NCBI GenBank assembly: GCA_036918135.1
Contig: JBALDB010000007.1
Coordinates: 320,001-384,000 of the forward strand
Direction: 5' to 3'
DNA length: 64,000 bases
Origin: Nostoc sp.
GTDB lineage: Bacteria; Cyanobacteriota; Cyanobacteriia; Cyanobacteriales; Nostocaceae
The notes beneath the pieces were generated by a model. It searched no databases and had not been told where the DNA came from. It worked only from the letters and a program-made list of their open reading frames with translations. Positions within the stretch are counted from its first letter, which is position 1. Each line of letters begins with the position of its first letter. Below are positions 1 through 10,256 of the stretch, piece after piece. The position numbers were made by a program, and so were the translations under genes.

Positions 1-559
1 TTACTCCATCACTCATAAACTGTAAATCATCGTCGGGCGCTTCTTCACTGCTCTCTGATGTGAATAGAACAGTTGTACTTTGCTCTACTAAAAATCTTAG
101 AAACGACAGCACTTGTTTGCGAAACTGAAACGTATCGCTCGCCAGGTAACGAAACTGCGTCATCGAATCAATAAAAATGCGTTGTGGCTTGAGGGCTTCT
201 ACCTGCTCTACAATCCGCCGGGTTGTGGGTTCACGTTCCACCTCAGCTGGTGAGAAAATATCGTAAGTCTGAACTTGGGCGAAAAATTCAGGTGTAGGGC
301 TAAGGTCAAGAAAAGTGACACCTTCTAGGTCAAATCCCAGCCCAAGGGCAGTTCGCCTGAGTTGGGTGACGGTTTCTCCCAAGGTAACGAACAAAACCTG
401 TTCGCCGTTTGTTGCCCCTGTTATTAAGAAATGCATTCCCAGTGTTGTTTTGCCGACTCCCGGCCCACCCCGAATTAAATAGGTGCGATTTGGAACATAA
501 CCGCCACAGAGAACTTCGTCTAAACCCGAAATTCCCGAAGACAAACGATTTTCAGACAT
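1..559 (-). CDS. KaiC/GvpD-like RecA-superfamily ATPase (3'-partial, runs off window)
   Basis: Manual minus-strand translation from ATG at 559: MSENRLSSGISGLDEVLCGGYVPNRTYLIRGGPGVGKTTLG (Walker A), later RIFIDS (Walker B). Purine-rich RBS upstream. Absent from ORF track because it has no stop in the window. Confidence 0.88.
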   Translation of the reverse strand, partial: MSENRLSSGISGLDEVLCGGYVPNRTYLIRGGPGVGKTTLGMHFLITGATNGEQVLFVTLGETVTQLRRTALGLGFDLEGVTFLDLSPTPEFFAQVQTYDIFSPAEVEREPTTRRIVEQVEALKPQRIFIDSMTQFRYLASDTFQFRKQVLSFLRFLVEQSTTVLFTSESSEEAPDDDLQFMSDGV

Positions 560-1059
560 TTGCGAACAGTCTTCCTTTCCCTATTAACTAACTCAAGCCC
601 AGAATGGCATATTATTTGTGCTGCATAGGTTTTAAGTGCTAATTTTGATATGAAAAATTTCGGCTTGTACTGGCTTAGAAAGTACACTTTTTTGCAGCAT
701 AAATTTTAACCAAGCAGGAGCTTGAAAGTTCAAGCTTGAATTCACCGAGAATTAGGATATCATCAACCATAACCCTACAAACCTAGATTTTCTTGTGATT
801 AATTTACAAGTATTTATACTTATAATTAATTACACAAAAGGGAAGAAGAAAATCCTATCTGTATTAAGGAAATAAAAGTAAGCTTTTAAGCAACAAACAA
901 TTAGTTCCCCTTCCCCTGATTACTTACTCTTAAACACTTATTTGCACTGGCTACATCAAAACTACGATCGCCTAAAGGTGTTGTACGAGAATGGAAGGCG
1001 ATCGCTTCCCATTCTCATCGGAAAGTGTAAATTTTCCCCACACTAAATAGCGTTATTTG

Positions 1060-2790
1060 TCAAGTAGAAGCTTTCACCGCTGCTTGGGCTTGTGAGTGCA
1101 ACAACAAACCATATTCCAAGCCCTCCACCACCGCTTGATAGGAAGCTTCCAAAATGTTAGTGGAAACCCCTACAGTTGTCCAGCGTTGACGACCATCGCC
1201 AGATTCTACGAATACGCGGGTTTTCGCCGCAGTACCCGCATGTCCGTTGAGAATCCGCACTTTGTAGTCTGTCAAATCAAAAGTTGCAATTTGAGGATAA
1301 AAGTTCACCAAAGCCTTGCGTAAAGCGGCATCCAACGCTGCAACCGGGCCGTTACCTTCCGCTGCCTCCAGAATATTCTTACCGTCAACAGCGATTTTGA
1401 TTGTTGCTAGGGCGTTAGTAGTTTCTTTGCCCTCAATCAAATCACAATGGACTTGAAAACCTTTGACTTCAAAAAACTTTTGGCGTCTTCCCAAAGCTTC
1501 ATGCATCAACAGTGCAAAACTAGCCTCTGCTGCTTCAAATTGAAATCCTTCACTCTCCAAATCTTTGAGACGCTGAAGAATTTGCTTAGCCTCTGCCTTT
1601 AATCGATCCAATTCAATGCCAAAACTGCGGGCTTTGGCTAAAACATTGCTCAGTCCCGACTGTTCAGAAATCACGATGCGGCGACGATTCCCTACTCGTT
1701 CCGGTTGCATGTGTTCGTAAGTCAGAGGATTACGTTCCACAGCAGATACATGAATACCACCTTTGTGTGCAAAAGCCGAACGTCCTACAAAGGGAGCGTG
1801 TTCATCAGGAGCAAGATTAACCACCTCACTCACAAAACGACTCGCTTCTGTAAGTTGTCTTAGCTGGTCTTCTGTGATACAACTGTAACCCAGTTTCAGT
1901 TGTAAATTAGGAATTAAAGAACAGAGGTTAGCATTACCGCAACGTTCGCCGTAACCGTTAATTGTACCTTGTACCATCTTTGCCCCTGCCATCACAGCTG
2001 CTAGGGCATTAGCAACCGCCATTTCCGAATCGTTATGAGTGTGAATTCCGATTTGGGGCATTGTCCTTTCTCTTTTCTGATTTGTCATTGTTTCTTGACT
2101 AATGACGCCAGTTGCTTCTCCTAACGGAGACGCTGCGCGAACAACGGAGGGAACCTCCGCAACGCACTGGCTCACTAATGACAAATGACTAATGACATCT
2201 TGAACAATTTGGCTAACTTCGTGGGGTAAAGTGCCGCCATTGGTATCACACAGGACTAGCCATTCAGCACCAGATGCGATCGCAGCCTCTAATGTCTGTA
2301 AAGCATAACCTGGATTGTGCTTATAGCCATCAAACCAATGTTCGGCATCGTAAATCGCGCGACGCCCTTGAGAACGGAGGTACTCAATTGTGTCACGAAT
2401 CATTGCCAAATTTTCTTCCAACGTCGTCTTGAGTCCGGCTGTGACATGTAAATCCCAAGACTTGCCAAAAATTGTCACCCAGCGAGTTCCCGCAGCCAGA
2501 ATCGCTTGTAGCATCGGTTCTTCTGCCGCACAAGTGTTAGGGCGTCGAGTCGAACAGAAAGCAACAACTTCTGCATGTTTGAGCGGATCTTCTCTCAGTT
2601 GCCAGAAAAATTGTACATCCTTAGGATTGGCACCAGGCCAACCGCCTTCAATAAAGGGAATTCCCAGTTGATCGAGTCTTCTGGCAATGCGTAACTTATC
2701 TTCTATCGATACAGATAGCCCCTCGCGCTGAGTGCCATCCCGTAATGTAGTGTCATAGAGCCAAAGTTGAGGTGAGGAAATTGTAGTCAT
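1060..2790 (-). CDS. cimA: Citramalate synthase (LeuA/CimA family)
   Basis: YDTTLRDGTQREG, EGGWPGANPKD, HTHND, GYGERCGNANL and AHKGGIHV motifs. Likely start is MTTISS at 2790. Confidence 0.92.
   Translation of the reverse strand: MTTISSPQLWLYDTTLRDGTQREGLSVSIEDKLRIARRLDQLGIPFIEGGWPGANPKDVQFFWQLREDPLKHAEVVAFCSTRRPNTCAAEEPMLQAILAAGTRWVTIFGKSWDLHVTAGLKTTLEENLAMIRDTIEYLRSQGRRAIYDAEHWFDGYKHNPGYALQTLEAAIASGAEWLVLCDTNGGTLPHEVSQIVQDVISHLSLVSQCVAEVPSVVRAASPLGEATGVISQETMTNQKRERTMPQIGIHTHNDSEMAVANALAAVMAGAKMVQGTINGYGERCGNANLCSLIPNLQLKLGYSCITEDQLRQLTEASRFVSEVVNLAPDEHAPFVGRSAFAHKGGIHVSAVERNPLTYEHMQPERVGNRRRIVISEQSGLSNVLAKARSFGIELDRLKAEAKQILQRLKDLESEGFQFEAAEASFALLMHEALGRRQKFFEVKGFQVHCDLIEGKETTNALATIKIAVDGKNILEAAEGNGPVAALDAALRKALVNFYPQIATFDLTDYKVRILNGHAGTAAKTRVFVESGDGRQRWTTVGVSTNILEASYQAVVEGLEYGLLLHSQAQAAVKAST
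2106..2173. repeat. Nested small dispersed repeat inserted in frame in cimA, within AATGAC heptamers
   Basis: GCCAGT...ACTGGC terminal inverted repeat enclosing GGAGGGAACCTCC and TCTCC-TAAC-GGAGA hairpins, flanked by CTAATGA/CAAATGA heptamers. Confidence 0.7.
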
Positions 2791-2866
2791 AAAACTCGGG
2801 CCGACGAGACAACTTTCGAGGCAATATGTCAATATACAACAAAAAGTCAGTTTGGCAATTTAAAAA

Positions 2867-3202
2867 ATGCCTAAGGTATTAGCTCAAGGTAAAACAATTG
2901 AGTGCGAGCAAGCAATCTCCGCAAAATTTTGCAGCAAAATAGTATTGACCTCTACAATGACGGTGCTAAGGTAATAAACTGTCGAGTTATTGCCAGTTAC
3001 AATAACTGCACGGTTAAAGTAGAGGGCGAAGTCTCAGCAGCGAATTGACCCAAGCAACACGTCGTTAGCTTCCTCCCCATTTTCCAACAACAGACCTACG
3101 TAAGAAACCGTAAAACGCAGGCTTTAGACGACGTGAATGTGATAAAAGTTTGATGGATTTTGGGGACAAGGTTCTCGAAAAGTGTGGACACCAAAAGGTT
3201 AA
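2867..3202 (+). pseudogene. Degraded 2Fe-2S ferredoxin-family gene
   Basis: Fragments in different frames: MPKVLAQGKTIECEQ / NLRKILQQNSIDLYNDGAKVINCRVIASYNNCTVKVEGEVSAAN* / LPPHFPTTDLR / FDGFWGQGSRKVWTPKG*. Frameshifts, stops and a damaged Cys motif. Confidence 0.8.
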
Positions 3203-3218
3203 AAAGGAGTAAAACAAG

Positions 3219-3614
3219 ATGGGTAGATGGACACCCCTAATATTAATGGCTGGAGGTCTAGCCATTTTACTTGGTACATTACTAGGCATTAACTTTCCGA
3301 TGGGCGTACAAACCGCCAATAATCCCAGCGGCAAAAAATCAGAAGTTCTGCCAGCTAATATTAATGTTAATAGCAGTGCTGGCAGCCAGAACGATGAAAC
3401 TGCAACTGACGAAACTCCCACAACTCAAACAAATCAAAATAAACGCTCGATTGTAGCCCCAAGGCCTGATAACAGGAGCAGCGTTGCCCAGAATCCTACC
3501 AACGACTCAACCTCATCTCCTGACAATACAACAGACTCTAATACAGACTCTTCCACAAGCGATAGCTCATCAAGTGATTCAAATCCCAGCGAACCAATTC
3601 GAGCCTTGTGGTAA
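3219..3614 (+). CDS. Hypothetical protein, N-terminal membrane anchor and Ser/Thr/Asp-rich tail ending PIRALW
   Basis: AAGGAG RBS, hydrophobic N-terminus, low-complexity C-terminus. Confidence 0.75.
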   Translation: MGRWTPLILMAGGLAILLGTLLGINFPMGVQTANNPSGKKSEVLPANINVNSSAGSQNDETATDETPTTQTNQNKRSIVAPRPDNRSSVAQNPTNDSTSSPDNTTDSNTDSSTSDSSSSDSNPSEPIRALW

Positions 3615-3839
3615 AGGTTGCTAGTATTGTTTGGCAGAATTGGTAATTTGTAATACTCGCCTCCAGCGAGAAGCAAATTACGTAATTCGTAATTACCGTT
3701 GCATAAGCGTTTTAGACATTTCAAATGGTTGGTTTATTTACGCGCCCGCTTTACTAGTCTTTAGTTATTCCTTTATTAGTTATGATTTATTAGTCATGCA
3801 CTAATGCTCGATGGCTAATGAGCAATGACTAAATGACTA

Positions 3840-5870
3840 ATGACTAGTGAAATTGTAATTATTGGTGGCGGCGTTATCGGTTTAGCGATCGCCATTGAAC
3901 TCAAACTACGGGGGACAAATGTCACCGTGGTTTGTCGTGATTTCCAGGCTGCTGCTACCCACGCTGCCGCTGGGATGTTGGCACCAGATGCCGAAAAAAT
4001 CCCGAACGAGGCAATGCGTTCTTTGTGTTGGCGATCGCGTGCTTTATATGCCGACTGGACGCGTAAACTGGAAGAATTGACTGGCCTAAATACCAACTAT
4101 TGGCCTTGCGGTATCCTCACACCTATTTTTCAAGAGGCACAGGGGCAGGGAATAGGCGGCAAGGGGGAAAATGAAAAATTACCTCTTTCCCCTCTGCTCC
4201 CTGCTTCCCGCCCCCCTGCCTCCTATTCCCCCTCATACTGGTTAGACAAAGAAGCAATTCATCAATATCAGCCAGGATTGGGAGCCGAAGTAGTTGGTGG
4301 CTGGTGGTATCCCGAAGATGCCCAAGTCGATAATAAGACTCTAGCTCAAGTACTGCGGACAGCAGCCGAATCTATTGGTGTTGAACTTAAAGACGGCGTT
4401 ATAGTAGAAGCATTTTTACAGCAACAGGGACAAGTTGTTGGCATCCAAACGAATAGTGGAGTAATTCGCGCCGCCCATTATGTTTTAGCTTCAGGTGCTT
4501 GGGCGAATGAGTTGTTACCATTACCCGTGCGTCCTCGAAAAGGACAAATATTGAGTGTAAAAATACCGGAATTTGTACCGGAATTGCCGTTGCAGCGGAT
4601 TTTGTTTGGGGAAGATATTTACATTGTACCCAGACGCGATCGCTCGCTGATTATTGGGGCAACAAGCGAAGATGTTGGTTTTACACCCCACAACACCCCA
4701 GACGGCATTCAAACATTACTCCAAGCGGCCATCCGGCTGTATCCGCAATTAAAACATTATCCCATACTCCAATTCTGGTGGGGATTTCGCCCAGCCAGTG
4801 CCGACGAATTACCCATTCTCGGCAGTAGCTATTGTAAAAATTTAACCTTTGCCACTGGTCATTACCGTAACGGGATTCTACTTGCACCCGTAACAGCAGC
4901 ATTGATTGCTGATTTCATCTTGGAACAAAAATCTGACCCCCTACTTGCTGATTTTCATTATTCGCGCTTCCAGCCCCAGCCATCTACCCGCACCCCCATG
5001 CTCACTCACTCTGCCAATTTCTCCAACGGACACCTTACCCCCCCACTCCCCACAGACGCAATTAATCGCGTCTCTACCGACTCGCCATTAATTATCGCAG
5101 GCAAAACCTTCCAATCCCGCTTGATGACGGGAACTGGTAAGTATCGCAGCATTGAACAAATGCAACAAAGTATCGCCGCCAGTGATTGCGAAATTGTTAC
5201 CGTAGCAGTCCGACGAGTACAAACTAAAGCCCCTGGACACGAAGGTTTAGCAGAAGCTTTAGATTGGACAAAAATCTGGATGTTGCCCAACACCGCAGGT
5301 TGTCAAACTGCCGATGAGGCGATTCGGGTGGCGCGTTTGGGGCGAGAAATGGCGAAATTATTGGGACAGGAAGATAATAACTTTGTTAAGTTAGAAGTCA
5401 TACCCGATCCTAAATATTTACTTCCAGACCCCATTGGCACACTAGAAGCAGCAGAACAACTAGTTAAAGAAGGTTTTGCAGTATTGCCCTATATCAACGC
5501 TGACCCGATGTTAGCCAAACGCTTGGAAGATGTAGGCTGTGCTACGGTGATGCCTTTAGCGTCGCCAATTGGTTCTGGACAAGGGCTAAAAACAACCGCC
5601 AATATCCAAATCATCATCGAAAATGCAAGTATACCTGTGGTGGTAGATGCTGGGATTGGTTCACCCTCCCAAGCCGCTCAGGCAATGGAATTGGGAGCAG
5701 ACGCTTTGTTGATTAATAGTGCGATCGCTCTAGCTCAAAACCCCGCAGCAATGGCTCGTGCCATGAATTTAGCAACAGTTGCCGGTCGTTTGGCATACCT
5801 TGCTGGCAGAATGCCCATTAAAGATTACGCCAGTGCTAGTTCGCCTCTGACTGGGACGATTACTAATTAG
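3840..5870 (+). CDS. thiO-thiG: Fused glycine oxidase ThiO / thiazole synthase ThiG
   Basis: N-half: GGGVIG FAD motif, [21 protein letters not shown]-half: [41 protein letters not shown]. Confidence 0.95.
   Translation: MTSEIVIIGGGVIGLAIAIELKLRGTNVTVVCRDFQAAATHAAAGMLAPDAEKIPNEAMRSLCWRSRALYADWTRKLEELTGLNTNYWPCGILTPIFQEAQGQGIGGKGENEKLPLSPLLPASRPPASYSPSYWLDKEAIHQYQPGLGAEVVGGWWYPEDAQVDNKTLAQVLRTAAESIGVELKDGVIVEAFLQQQGQVVGIQTNSGVIRAAHYVLASGAWANELLPLPVRPRKGQILSVKIPEFVPELPLQRILFGEDIYIVPRRDRSLIIGATSEDVGFTPHNTPDGIQTLLQAAIRLYPQLKHYPILQFWWGFRPASADELPILGSSYCKNLTFATGHYRNGILLAPVTAALIADFILEQKSDPLLADFHYSRFQPQPSTRTPMLTHSANFSNGHLTPPLPTDAINRVSTDSPLIIAGKTFQSRLMTGTGKYRSIEQMQQSIAASDCEIVTVAVRRVQTKAPGHEGLAEALDWTKIWMLPNTAGCQTADEAIRVARLGREMAKLLGQEDNNFVKLEVIPDPKYLLPDPIGTLEAAEQLVKEGFAVLPYINADPMLAKRLEDVGCATVMPLASPIGSGQGLKTTANIQIIIENASIPVVVDAGIGSPSQAAQAMELGADALLINSAIALAQNPAAMARAMNLATVAGRLAYLAGRMPIKDYASASSPLTGTITN
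5052..5077. repeat. Palindromic small dispersed repeat (AGACGCRATTAATCGCGTCT) in the ThiO-ThiG linker
   Basis: Near-identical intergenic copy at about 35781-35806. Confidence 0.75.
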
Positions 5871-6025
5871 GGAATGGGGACTGGGAAATAATTCTTTTAA
5901 CTCTTAATATCCAGTGGGCAATCCCTAATACCCAATCCCCAATGTAACGATTTGTCTAGCATTTTTTGAGCAAAACTCGTATTTATGTAACATTAAATGA
6001 AGAATAAAGATAAAGGAATTGATTC

Positions 6026-6196
6026 ATGCCCTATACAACCGAAGAAGGCGGCCGCCTGAATAATTTTGCCAAGGAACCGAAGATTTATCAAGCAGAACCT
6101 GCTACGGAAGGCCAAAAGCGAACCTATATTTTTGTAGGAATCGCGGCTGCTGCTTTGGTTGGTGGCTTGATTTCAGTCGCTTTCTTGGTTTCCTAA
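6026..6196 (+). CDS. psb34: Photosystem II assembly factor Psb34 (Ssl1498-family, HLIP-like), 56 aa
   Basis: MPYTTEEGGRLNNFAKEPKIYQAEP...one TM helix. AAAGGA RBS. Shorter than any ORF in the track. Confidence 0.9.
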   Translation: MPYTTEEGGRLNNFAKEPKIYQAEPATEGQKRTYIFVGIAAAALVGGLISVAFLVS

Positions 6197-6245
6197 AACT
6201 GTTGAGCGTAAAATATTTTAATAAAATTTCATTTTTGTAGTTTTT

Positions 6246-6278
6246 CAGGTTCCGATTTCAGGAGGAGCCTGCTTTTTT
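6246..6278 (+). terminator. Rho-independent terminator after psb34
   Basis: CAGGTTCC...GGAGCCTG stem followed by a T run. Confidence 0.6.
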
Positions 6279-6686
6279 ATTTTTTGTTAGAATTAATTTA
6301 ATCAGTAAGTATAATTACATACCTTCTTATTCTACCAAACCTAAAAAGTTCAACTTATACCAAATTGGAGAAGTAGTGTTATTGGTAATTCCACTGAACA
6401 GCTTTGTAATTAAGAATTTTAATCAAAAATTGCAAATCTGTCTTAGAAAGTGATGCTCCTACCTCGAATAGAGCTGCGCTAATAAATCGCTGCAAGTCTT
6501 AGCTTTGACGCCAGAAGATTCCGATGCAAGGCGCTGAGGTAGCACTGGCTCAACTTTTCATAAAATGCAAAATTATTCTCAGCAGCACAACATTCACTTA
6601 GAAATCATTGCTGATAATGAAATTTTTAGCTAACTTCGATCGACCTATAAAGGTGATATATACTGTCTTTTGGCTCTTTAGCCGCC

Positions 6687-8897
6687 ATGAGTGTGAATGA
6701 TACTGTACATAACGATAATTTTACTTGGAATCGACAAGTATACCAACGCTTAAAACTTGCCTTAAGTCTTGGTTTGCGGCGACAACTTTTTTTTGCAATA
6801 TGTGATGATTTACATTTAAGAAATCAAGTAGCAGCCCGTTTGCATTCTACATTGGCTTATCCTGTGGGACAAGTGCTATATCAACCATCAAATGCTCAAG
6901 AAAATAGCACTCCAGCTTATCCACGATTAGTGACGTTGCGTTTAAATTTAAACGATCCCAATCCCATAGTTCAAATCAATCAATGGGTGGCCAATTATCC
7001 ACCGCCAATTGTTGGGGCATCAAAAGATACTCCAGGAAGAGTTTCTCCAATACCAGCATTTCAGATTGTAGGCGTGGAGCAGTTAACTAAGCAACCAGTA
7101 GCAACGCAGCGTTTATTCTTGCATTATCTCCGTTTAAGCGAGCAATATTTCTCCACACAAGAATCCAGTCGATTTCTAGAATCTAACTTGCTGTTGTGGA
7201 TACCGCGTCCTTGGTTGTCTGCCATCCAACAATCAGCACCACAGTTTTGGCGTTACCGTACTGGGGTATTTGTGTTTGCTGGAGAACCTACACCAGCAAC
7301 TCAGAATTCAAGATATCCAGAACGTTTTTCTAATTCTAGAAGTTTGGATGTAGGGAATCTTGAGCAGTCGATTTCAGATGAATCTGTTACCCAAGCAGAA
7401 TTCAAAACAACAGCTAGTGAATTAAAGTTTGAGAAGAATTCCAATTTTTCACCACAGACACCAGAAAATAATGTACACAAAATCCAGTCAGATAGCGCAT
7501 CAATCATCGATTTATCGAAGATTGTGTCACAACAGGAATTTACTATTAGATCTGGCAGTGGAAACGAGCAGCAATTACTATCTTCTTTATCTCATATTAG
7601 CAGTGAGTTAACAGAGTTAGTATTAGCAACAATCAACACAAAGATTACTCAAGATATAGAGGATGACTGGCAACCGCAGCAGATTTTGTTAGAAATTGAA
7701 GAATTACATTCACAACAACTTCCTGGGGAAATACTGGCAGAAGCTTATCATCGCTTGGGTAACTTATACCGCCTTCGGATTGAGCAAGGAGAATCAACCT
7801 TAGAAAATTTGATGGTAGCAATTATTGCTTATCAAGAGGCAATTAGCTATAACGAAACTTCACCGCAACTCCCAGATATTTTGAATGACTTGGGTACACT
7901 TTATTGGATGTTATACCGCACACCACCGAATTCTGAAGAAGGACAAACTTATATAGAACAAGCAATAGAATTTTATCAGTTGGCGTTAAATACAATCTCA
8001 CCCCAGACACATCCAGAAACTTACGCCCGCGTGCAAAACAACTTAGGGACAGCTTATGGTGATTTAGCCCGTTTTTCTCAGCCATCTGAGAATTGGCAAC
8101 AAGCAGTTTTAGCTTACAGCGAAGCACTCAATTACCGTACAGCTGATATGGATTCATTAAAGTATGCTGCTTGCCAAAATAATTTGGGAACTGCTTACTG
8201 GCATTTGGGACAATATAATCAACCGATTGTGCATTTAAAGAAAGCGATCGCCGCTTACAACGAAGCACTTGTACGCTACAATCCCCAAGAGGAACCGCTC
8301 AAGTATGGCATGATTCAAAACAACATTGGTACTGCTTATTGGAATTTGGCACAATACGAACAACCTGCTGAAAATTTACAACTAGCTATTGATGTTTATA
8401 ACGAAGCTCTGAAATATCGTACTCCAGCTAACGTTCCTAGTGCCTGTGCTGCCACACAAAATAATTTGGGTACTGCCTATTGGCATTTAGCAAATCTATC
8501 TCAAACACCAAAAGAAGCACGGCAAAAATATCTGCAACTATGCATCAGTGCTTACGAAGAAGCTATAGCTTTGGCTCATTCACTAAGCAGTAACTCTTTA
8601 AGTTTTGACTTATTTGCCTCTCATAATAACTTGGGACTGGCACACTATCAGCTAGTAATAGATAAATCTTTTAATGCCGATAAAGTAACACGTTCTCAAC
8701 ATCTAGAAGTAGCATTAGAACATCATTTGCAAGCTCTAAATGGATTCAGTAAACAACCAGAAGTTTATCAAACAACCTTCGGTTATATGGTAAAAACTAT
8801 TCGTGCTTTTCATAATGAATTAGGAATACAAGGACAAAATCTCGCTTTATCGAAAGTTCCAAGTCAGTTGTTACCAGAAATTTTGTCAAAGTTGTAG
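6687..8897 (+). CDS. Tetratricopeptide repeat protein with an uncharacterised N-terminal domain
   Basis: Repeated QNNLGTAYWHL...AIAAYNEAL TPR units in the C-half. Confidence 0.88.
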   Translation: MSVNDTVHNDNFTWNRQVYQRLKLALSLGLRRQLFFAICDDLHLRNQVAARLHSTLAYPVGQVLYQPSNAQENSTPAYPRLVTLRLNLNDPNPIVQINQWVANYPPPIVGASKDTPGRVSPIPAFQIVGVEQLTKQPVATQRLFLHYLRLSEQYFSTQESSRFLESNLLLWIPRPWLSAIQQSAPQFWRYRTGVFVFAGEPTPATQNSRYPERFSNSRSLDVGNLEQSISDESVTQAEFKTTASELKFEKNSNFSPQTPENNVHKIQSDSASIIDLSKIVSQQEFTIRSGSGNEQQLLSSLSHISSELTELVLATINTKITQDIEDDWQPQQILLEIEELHSQQLPGEILAEAYHRLGNLYRLRIEQGESTLENLMVAIIAYQEAISYNETSPQLPDILNDLGTLYWMLYRTPPNSEEGQTYIEQAIEFYQLALNTISPQTHPETYARVQNNLGTAYGDLARFSQPSENWQQAVLAYSEALNYRTADMDSLKYAACQNNLGTAYWHLGQYNQPIVHLKKAIAAYNEALVRYNPQEEPLKYGMIQNNIGTAYWNLAQYEQPAENLQLAIDVYNEALKYRTPANVPSACAATQNNLGTAYWHLANLSQTPKEARQKYLQLCISAYEEAIALAHSLSSNSLSFDLFASHNNLGLAHYQLVIDKSFNADKVTRSQHLEVALEHHLQALNGFSKQPEVYQTTFGYMVKTIRAFHNELGIQGQNLALSKVPSQLLPEILSKL

Positions 8898-8907
8898 TTT
8901 AGTCAAC

Positions 8908-9017
8908 TATAGCAGGAGGCAGGGGACAGCTATGCTGTTCTTGCTGGAGGTAAAAACTATTACTCTTCCTGACATTCATACTTTTAAAAAGTCCTAACCT
9001 GTATGACTACGGCTATA
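8908..9017. mobile_element. MITE-like element, family A, copy 1
   Basis: TATAGC...GCTATA ends; internal similarity to 41412-41541 and, inverted, to 58420-58527. Confidence 0.65.
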
Positions 9018-9074
9018 TATATTCCAAGTCAGACATAACAACTTTTCTTGTAACGCCTAATACCGTCTCCAAAT

Positions 9075-9956
9075 TTAATTAATCCTTTTTCTTACCAATT
9101 CTGGAATTTGAGAAGGGCGTTCAGCTACAGGAACTTGTACTTCTTTCAAAGCAGCTAATTTACTTTGGGCTGTACCAAAATTAGGATCGCGTCCGATAAA
9201 TGTTGCTAAAGTCCCAGTTTGACGCCAACTTTTTCCTGGTGGTGCTTGTCTGCCTGCGATATAGCCAATTACTGGTTTATCAATGGCCTCAGCAATGTAC
9301 CGCGCCGCCGCTTCTTCACTACCACCGCCGGGTTGACCGACTAAAACGATCGCTTGTGTAGTTTCATCTTCATCGAGAATTTGCAGCCATTGCAAAAACG
9401 AGGAACCGACGATTGCATCACTACCAATACTGACACTAATTGACTGCCCCAAACCAGCTTTTGTTAATTCATAAGCGACTTCGTAGGTGAGGGTACTGCT
9501 ACGACTGACGATCCCCACTGGCCCTGGTGTATAAAACTCGCTAGGTTGAGTTCCCAAAAGAATTTTTCCAGGTACAATAATCCCCGGACTATTTGGCCCT
9601 ACTACCAAAGTTTCACATGCCTCGGCTTTGCGGAGTAATTGCACCATATCCAAAGGTGGCACGCCAGCGGTGATAATGATAATTTGGCGAATCTGAGATG
9701 CGATCGCTTCTAATGCCGCATCCAAAACATCGTAAGGATCTACACAGATAATTGTCGTGTCAATCGCGCCAAATTCTTGTACTACCTCCTCTACTAAGTC
9801 AAATACTGGCAGTTCGTGCATTTCCTGTCCGCCGCATCCAGGATTGACACCAGCTACCAAATTCGTGCCGTAAGCTTTCATTTGAGTAACATGAGTACCT
9901 GATATAAATTCACAAAAGCCTTGAATTAAGACTTTACTCTCTGGCGTTATGTTCAT
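9075..9956 (-). CDS. sucD: Succinyl-CoA ligase alpha-subunit-like protein (divergent)
   Basis: YGTNLVAGVNPG, VGPNSPGII, SRSSTLTYE, GLGQSISVSIGSD. The catalytic GHAG motif reads RQTG. Confidence 0.85.
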   Translation of the reverse strand: MNITPESKVLIQGFCEFISGTHVTQMKAYGTNLVAGVNPGCGGQEMHELPVFDLVEEVVQEFGAIDTTIICVDPYDVLDAALEAIASQIRQIIIITAGVPPLDMVQLLRKAEACETLVVGPNSPGIIVPGKILLGTQPSEFYTPGPVGIVSRSSTLTYEVAYELTKAGLGQSISVSIGSDAIVGSSFLQWLQILDEDETTQAIVLVGQPGGGSEEAAARYIAEAIDKPVIGYIAGRQAPPGKSWRQTGTLATFIGRDPNFGTAQSKLAALKEVQVPVAERPSQIPELVRKRIN

Positions 9957-10256
9957 AATAAATTACCGTAAGCTTGGCAAGCCAGTGAGTCGAGCCACTG
10001 GGCATACAACGATATGTATACAGTATTGTATTAATTGAGTTTTACTGAAATTTATTACTTTTCATATTTCATTTGCAAATTTATCTCCACTACTAAAAAG
10101 TAATACTAATTTAACCAAATAAGCCTACAGAATTAAAAGTAGGAAATTTAGATAGCATTTGACAAATCTTAATTTTTAATTATATCGCGCTTTGTGCTTC
10201 CCATTTACACTTGCGTTGCCGAGCATAATGCATTACAAATTAGTAGTTCTTGGTGG

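Noticed and set aside
409..591. 60-aa plus-strand ORF
   Set aside because: Antisense shadow of the KaiC-like gene.
3840..5870. ThiO-ThiG fusion as a novelty
   Set aside because: This fusion is already known in cyanobacteria.
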